Shown: piece after piece, positions 22,910 through 26,307 of the stretch
Position numbering within the stretch: position 1 is the stretch's first letter
Layout of the letters: every line of letters begins with the position of its first letter
From: Eledone cirrhosa
Taxonomy: Eukaryota
NCBI GenBank assembly: GCA_964016885.1
Contig: CAXHJY010000363.1
Span: 1-26,307 of the forward strand
Direction: 5' to 3'
DNA length: 26,307 nt
Made by a program: the position numbers and the translations under genes
Notes under the pieces: model-generated
Database searches by the model: none
What the model was told of the DNA's origin: nothing
What the model saw: only the letters and a program-made list of their open reading frames with translations

Positions 22910-23362
22910 TCACACACCATACCATCACACACACACACACACACCATACATCACACACACACACACCATACCATCACACACACACACACACACCATTACC
23001 ATCACACACACACACACCATACCATCACACACACACACACCATACCATCATACACACACACACACACCATACCATCACACACACACACACCATACCATCA
23101 CACACACACACACACACCATACCATCACACACACACACACATCACACCATACCATCACACACACAACACACACACCATACCATCACACACACACACACAC
23201 ACACCATACCATCACACACACACACAACCCATACCATCACACACACACACACCATACCATCACACACACACACACACACCATACCATCACACACACACAC
23301 ACCATACCATCATACACACACACACCATACCATCATACACACACTATTACCAACACACACAC
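22910..23362. repeat. Compound minisatellite CCATACCAT(CA)n
   Basis: Direct observation. Confidence 0.92.
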
Positions 23363-23441
23363 AGTATTTCATTCTTAATAGTTTCTCAATCTCTTTTATC
23401 TTTCAATAACATTAAAACGTTGCTTACATCCAATACGTGTA

Positions 23442-23481
<40 letters not shown>

Positions 23482-23642
23482 ATATACATATACACACACA
23501 CACACACATATATATATTTATATATACACATACACATACATATATATATATTGACAAACTTAAAATAACACTAAGTATATAGATATATATTCAGTATATA
23601 CATATTATATATATACACACACACACACATTATATATATATA

Positions 23643-23687
<45 letters not shown>

Positions 23688-24101
23688 CAAACTTAAGATA
23701 ACGACACTAAATATATATATAACACACACACACACGGCCAATGCTAAAATACATATATATATATATGTGTGTGTATATATATATACAGAGAGAGAGAGAA
23801 ATCTCTATCACTATATATATATTGACAATGTTAACTCCAACACAATATATGTGTGTACATATGTGTATATAGTATATAAATATGTATATATATATGTGTG
23901 TGTGTGTCTATATTGACATTCAGTCTTATAGGCAGTCAATTTAAGACCAACAGTGTCTTAAAAAGGAATTCACTTTTATCAAACTCATGAGATTTTCAAT
24001 ACATCTAAAGAAACAGCCTTTATTTCTCTCAGGTTTTCATATACACATAGTTGTGGGGGGGGGGGGGGGGCTTGAGTCTGTGGTTAGCTTTTGTTTAACC
24101 C

Positions 24102-24460
24102 TACATTACTCTATATATACTATTGTATTTTCACAGTAAAGGCTTTACCTCACATAATATCTCACATAACATTTACATTACTCTATATATATCTATTGTA
24201 TTTTCACAGTAAAGGCTTTACCTCACATAATATCTCACATAACATTTACATTACTCTATTATACTATTGTATTTTCATAGTAAAGGCTTTACCTCACATA
24301 ATATCTCACATAACCTTTTACATTACTCTATATATACTATTGTATTTTTCACAGTAAAGGCTTTACCTCACATAATATCTCACATAACAGTTTACATTAC
24401 TCTATATATACTATTGTATTGTCACAGTAAAGGCTTTACCTCACATAATATCTCACATAA
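24102..24460. repeat. Tandem repeat, ~73 bp x 5
   Basis: AGGCTTTACCTCACATAATATCTCACATAA at 24140, 24213, 24284, 24358 and 24431. Confidence 0.95.
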
Positions 24461-24669
24461 TATTGAATCTATGAGATTTTTGATATTATTTATTTTGTGA
24501 ACAATACCTTAACATAAGTATGTGTGGCCGGTTACAGCTGGTTTGAACAGAAAGAGGTGATAGAATTCTGGCCAGATATGGCTAGTTTAAATGCTAAAGA
24601 GTTCATCTGCATGTTTTACATTCAAGTTAAGGCAATTGTCAGTTATATATATATATATATAACATGTGT

Positions 24670-24775
24670 GTAATCCTGGGTTGAAACAGGGGTAACCACA
24701 GTAAGTAAGGTACTCAATACATGGCAGAGTATAAGTTTATAATATAGAAATGGCTTCTACTAGAACTAGAACTGT
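24670..24775 (-). mobile_element. Tail fragment of the hammerhead element family at 19992-20128
   Basis: Shared GGTAACCACAGTAAGTAAGGTACTCAATACAT(A/G)GCAGAGTATAA...CTAGAACTGT; truncated inside stem III. Confidence 0.7.
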
Positions 24776-24782
24776 ATATAAT

Positions 24783-26307
24783 CACCCAGTCTACACTGTA
24801 CAGTGGTCGTGTAGGTGTCATGACAGAAAGCACCCAGTCTACACTGTAATGTAGTCATGTAGGTATCATGACAAAAAGCCCTCAGCCCACACTGTCAGGT
24901 GGTTGTGTTGGAGCCACGACAAAAAGCTCTCAGCCCACAGGTGTAAAGTGATCAACTTGGAGCCACGACAAAAAGCTCCCAGTCCACACTGTAAGAGTGG
25001 TCGTCTTAGAGCCACGACAAAAAGCACCCAGTCTACACTGTAATGTAGTCATGTAGGTATCATGACAAAAAAAACCCTCAGCCCAACACTGTCAGGTGGT
25101 TGTGTTGGAGCCACGACAAAAAGCCCTCAGCCCACAGTGTAAAGTGATCAACTTGGAGCCACGACAAAAAGCTCCCAGTCTATACTGTAAAGTGGTCGTG
25201 TTGGTGTCATGATAAAAAGCTCCTAGTCCACACTGTAAAGTGGTTATGTTGGTGTCACAACAAAAAGCTCCTAGTCCACACTGTAAAGCGGTCATGTTGG
25301 TGTCACAACAAAAAGCTCCTAGTCCACACTGTTAAACGGCCATGTTGGTGTCACAACAAAAAGCTCCTAGTCCACACTGTAAAACGGCCATGTTGGTGTC
25401 ACAACACAAAAAGCTCCTAGTCCACACTGTAAAGCGGTCGTGTTGGTGTCACAACAAAAAGCTCCTAGTCCACACTGTAAAGCGGTCATGTTGGTGTCAC
25501 AACAAAAAGCTCCTAGTCCACACTGTAAAGCGGTCATGTTGGTGTCACAACAAAAAGCTCCTAGTCCACACTGTAAAGCGGTCGTGTTGGTGTCACAACA
25601 AAAAGCTCCTAGTCCACACTGTAAAACGGCCATGTTGGTGTCACAACAAAAAGCTCCTAGTCCACACTGTAAAACGGCCGTGTTGGTGTCACAACAAAAA
25701 GCTCCTAGTCCACACTGTAAAGCGGTCGTGTTGGTGTCACAACAAAAAGCTCCTAGTCCACACTGTAAAGCGGTCGTGTTGGTGTCACAACAAAAAGCTC
25801 CTAGTCCACACTGTAAAGCGGTCGTGTTGGTGTCACAACAAAAAGCTCCTAGTCCACACTGTAAAGCGGTCGTGTTGGTGTCACAACAAAAAGCTCCTAG
25901 TCCACACTGTAAAGCGGTCGTGTTGGTGTCACAACAAAAAGCTCCTAGTCCACACTGTAAAGCGGTCGTGTTGGTGTCACAACAAAAAGCTCCTAGTCCA
26001 CACTGTAAAGCGGTCGTGTTGGTGTCACAACAAAAAGCTCCTAGTCCACACTGTAAAGCGGTCGTGTTGGTGTCACAACAAAAAGCTCCTAGTCCACACT
26101 GTAAAGCGGTCGTGTTGGTGTCACAACAAAAAGCTCCTAGTCCACACTGTAAAGCGGTCGTGTTGGTGTCACAACAAAAAGCTCCTAGTCCACACTGTAA
26201 AGCGGTCGTGTTGGTGTCACAACAAAAAGCTCCTAGTCCACACTGTAAAGCGGTCGTGTTGGTGTCACAACAAAAAGCTCCTAGTCCACACTGTAAAGCG
26301 GTCGTGT
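24783..26307. repeat. 48-bp satellite array, running off the right edge
   Basis: Unit GTGTTGGTGTCACAACAAAAAGCTCCTAGTCCACACTGTAAAGCGGTC; diverged at the left and homogeneous at the right. Confidence 0.97.

Noticed and set aside
24102-24460. CRISPR-like 73-bp periodicity
   Set aside because: The whole unit is repeated; the intervening parts are not unique spacers.
24565-24605. MITE terminal repeat (GGCCAGATATGGCTAGTTTAAATGCTAAAGAGTT)
   Set aside because: It looks like a repeat end, but no matching inverted partner was found in the window.
24783-26307. CRISPR array, or a Cys-rich repeat protein (ORFs 25092-25295 and 25367-25633)
   Set aside because: Head-to-tail 48-bp units with no unique spacers and no cas genes; the ORFs only reflect a unit length divisible by three.

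Overview
Eukaryotic, gene-poor, repeat-saturated DNA, most likely from an octopus or other cephalopod. That assignment is an inference from the microsatellite load and the SINE types. No host protein-coding gene can be supported, and almost all ORFs in the track are microsatellite artefacts. Between (TA)n, (GA)n, (GT)n and (CAC)n tracts lie tRNA-derived SINEs, 3' fragments of four LINE types (R4/Dong-like with a restriction-like endonuclease, RTE, CR1/L2-like, L1/Tx1-like), a bipartite non-autonomous RTE derivative, a Tc1/mariner MITE and a 48-bp satellite derived from a SINE segment. The main hidden signal is a dense set of type I hammerhead ribozyme motifs. By eye I found 11 with all core elements and a stem I, plus several half-motifs, belonging to many sequence-distinct families. 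Most have a short palindromic stem III. They sit in short non-coding elements embedded in (TA)n, and many are arranged as asymmetric inverted duplications, the architecture expected of Penelope-like retroelement (PLE) terminal repeats or retrozyme-like non-autonomous elements. All folds and alignments were done by eye, and ribozyme activity is untested.
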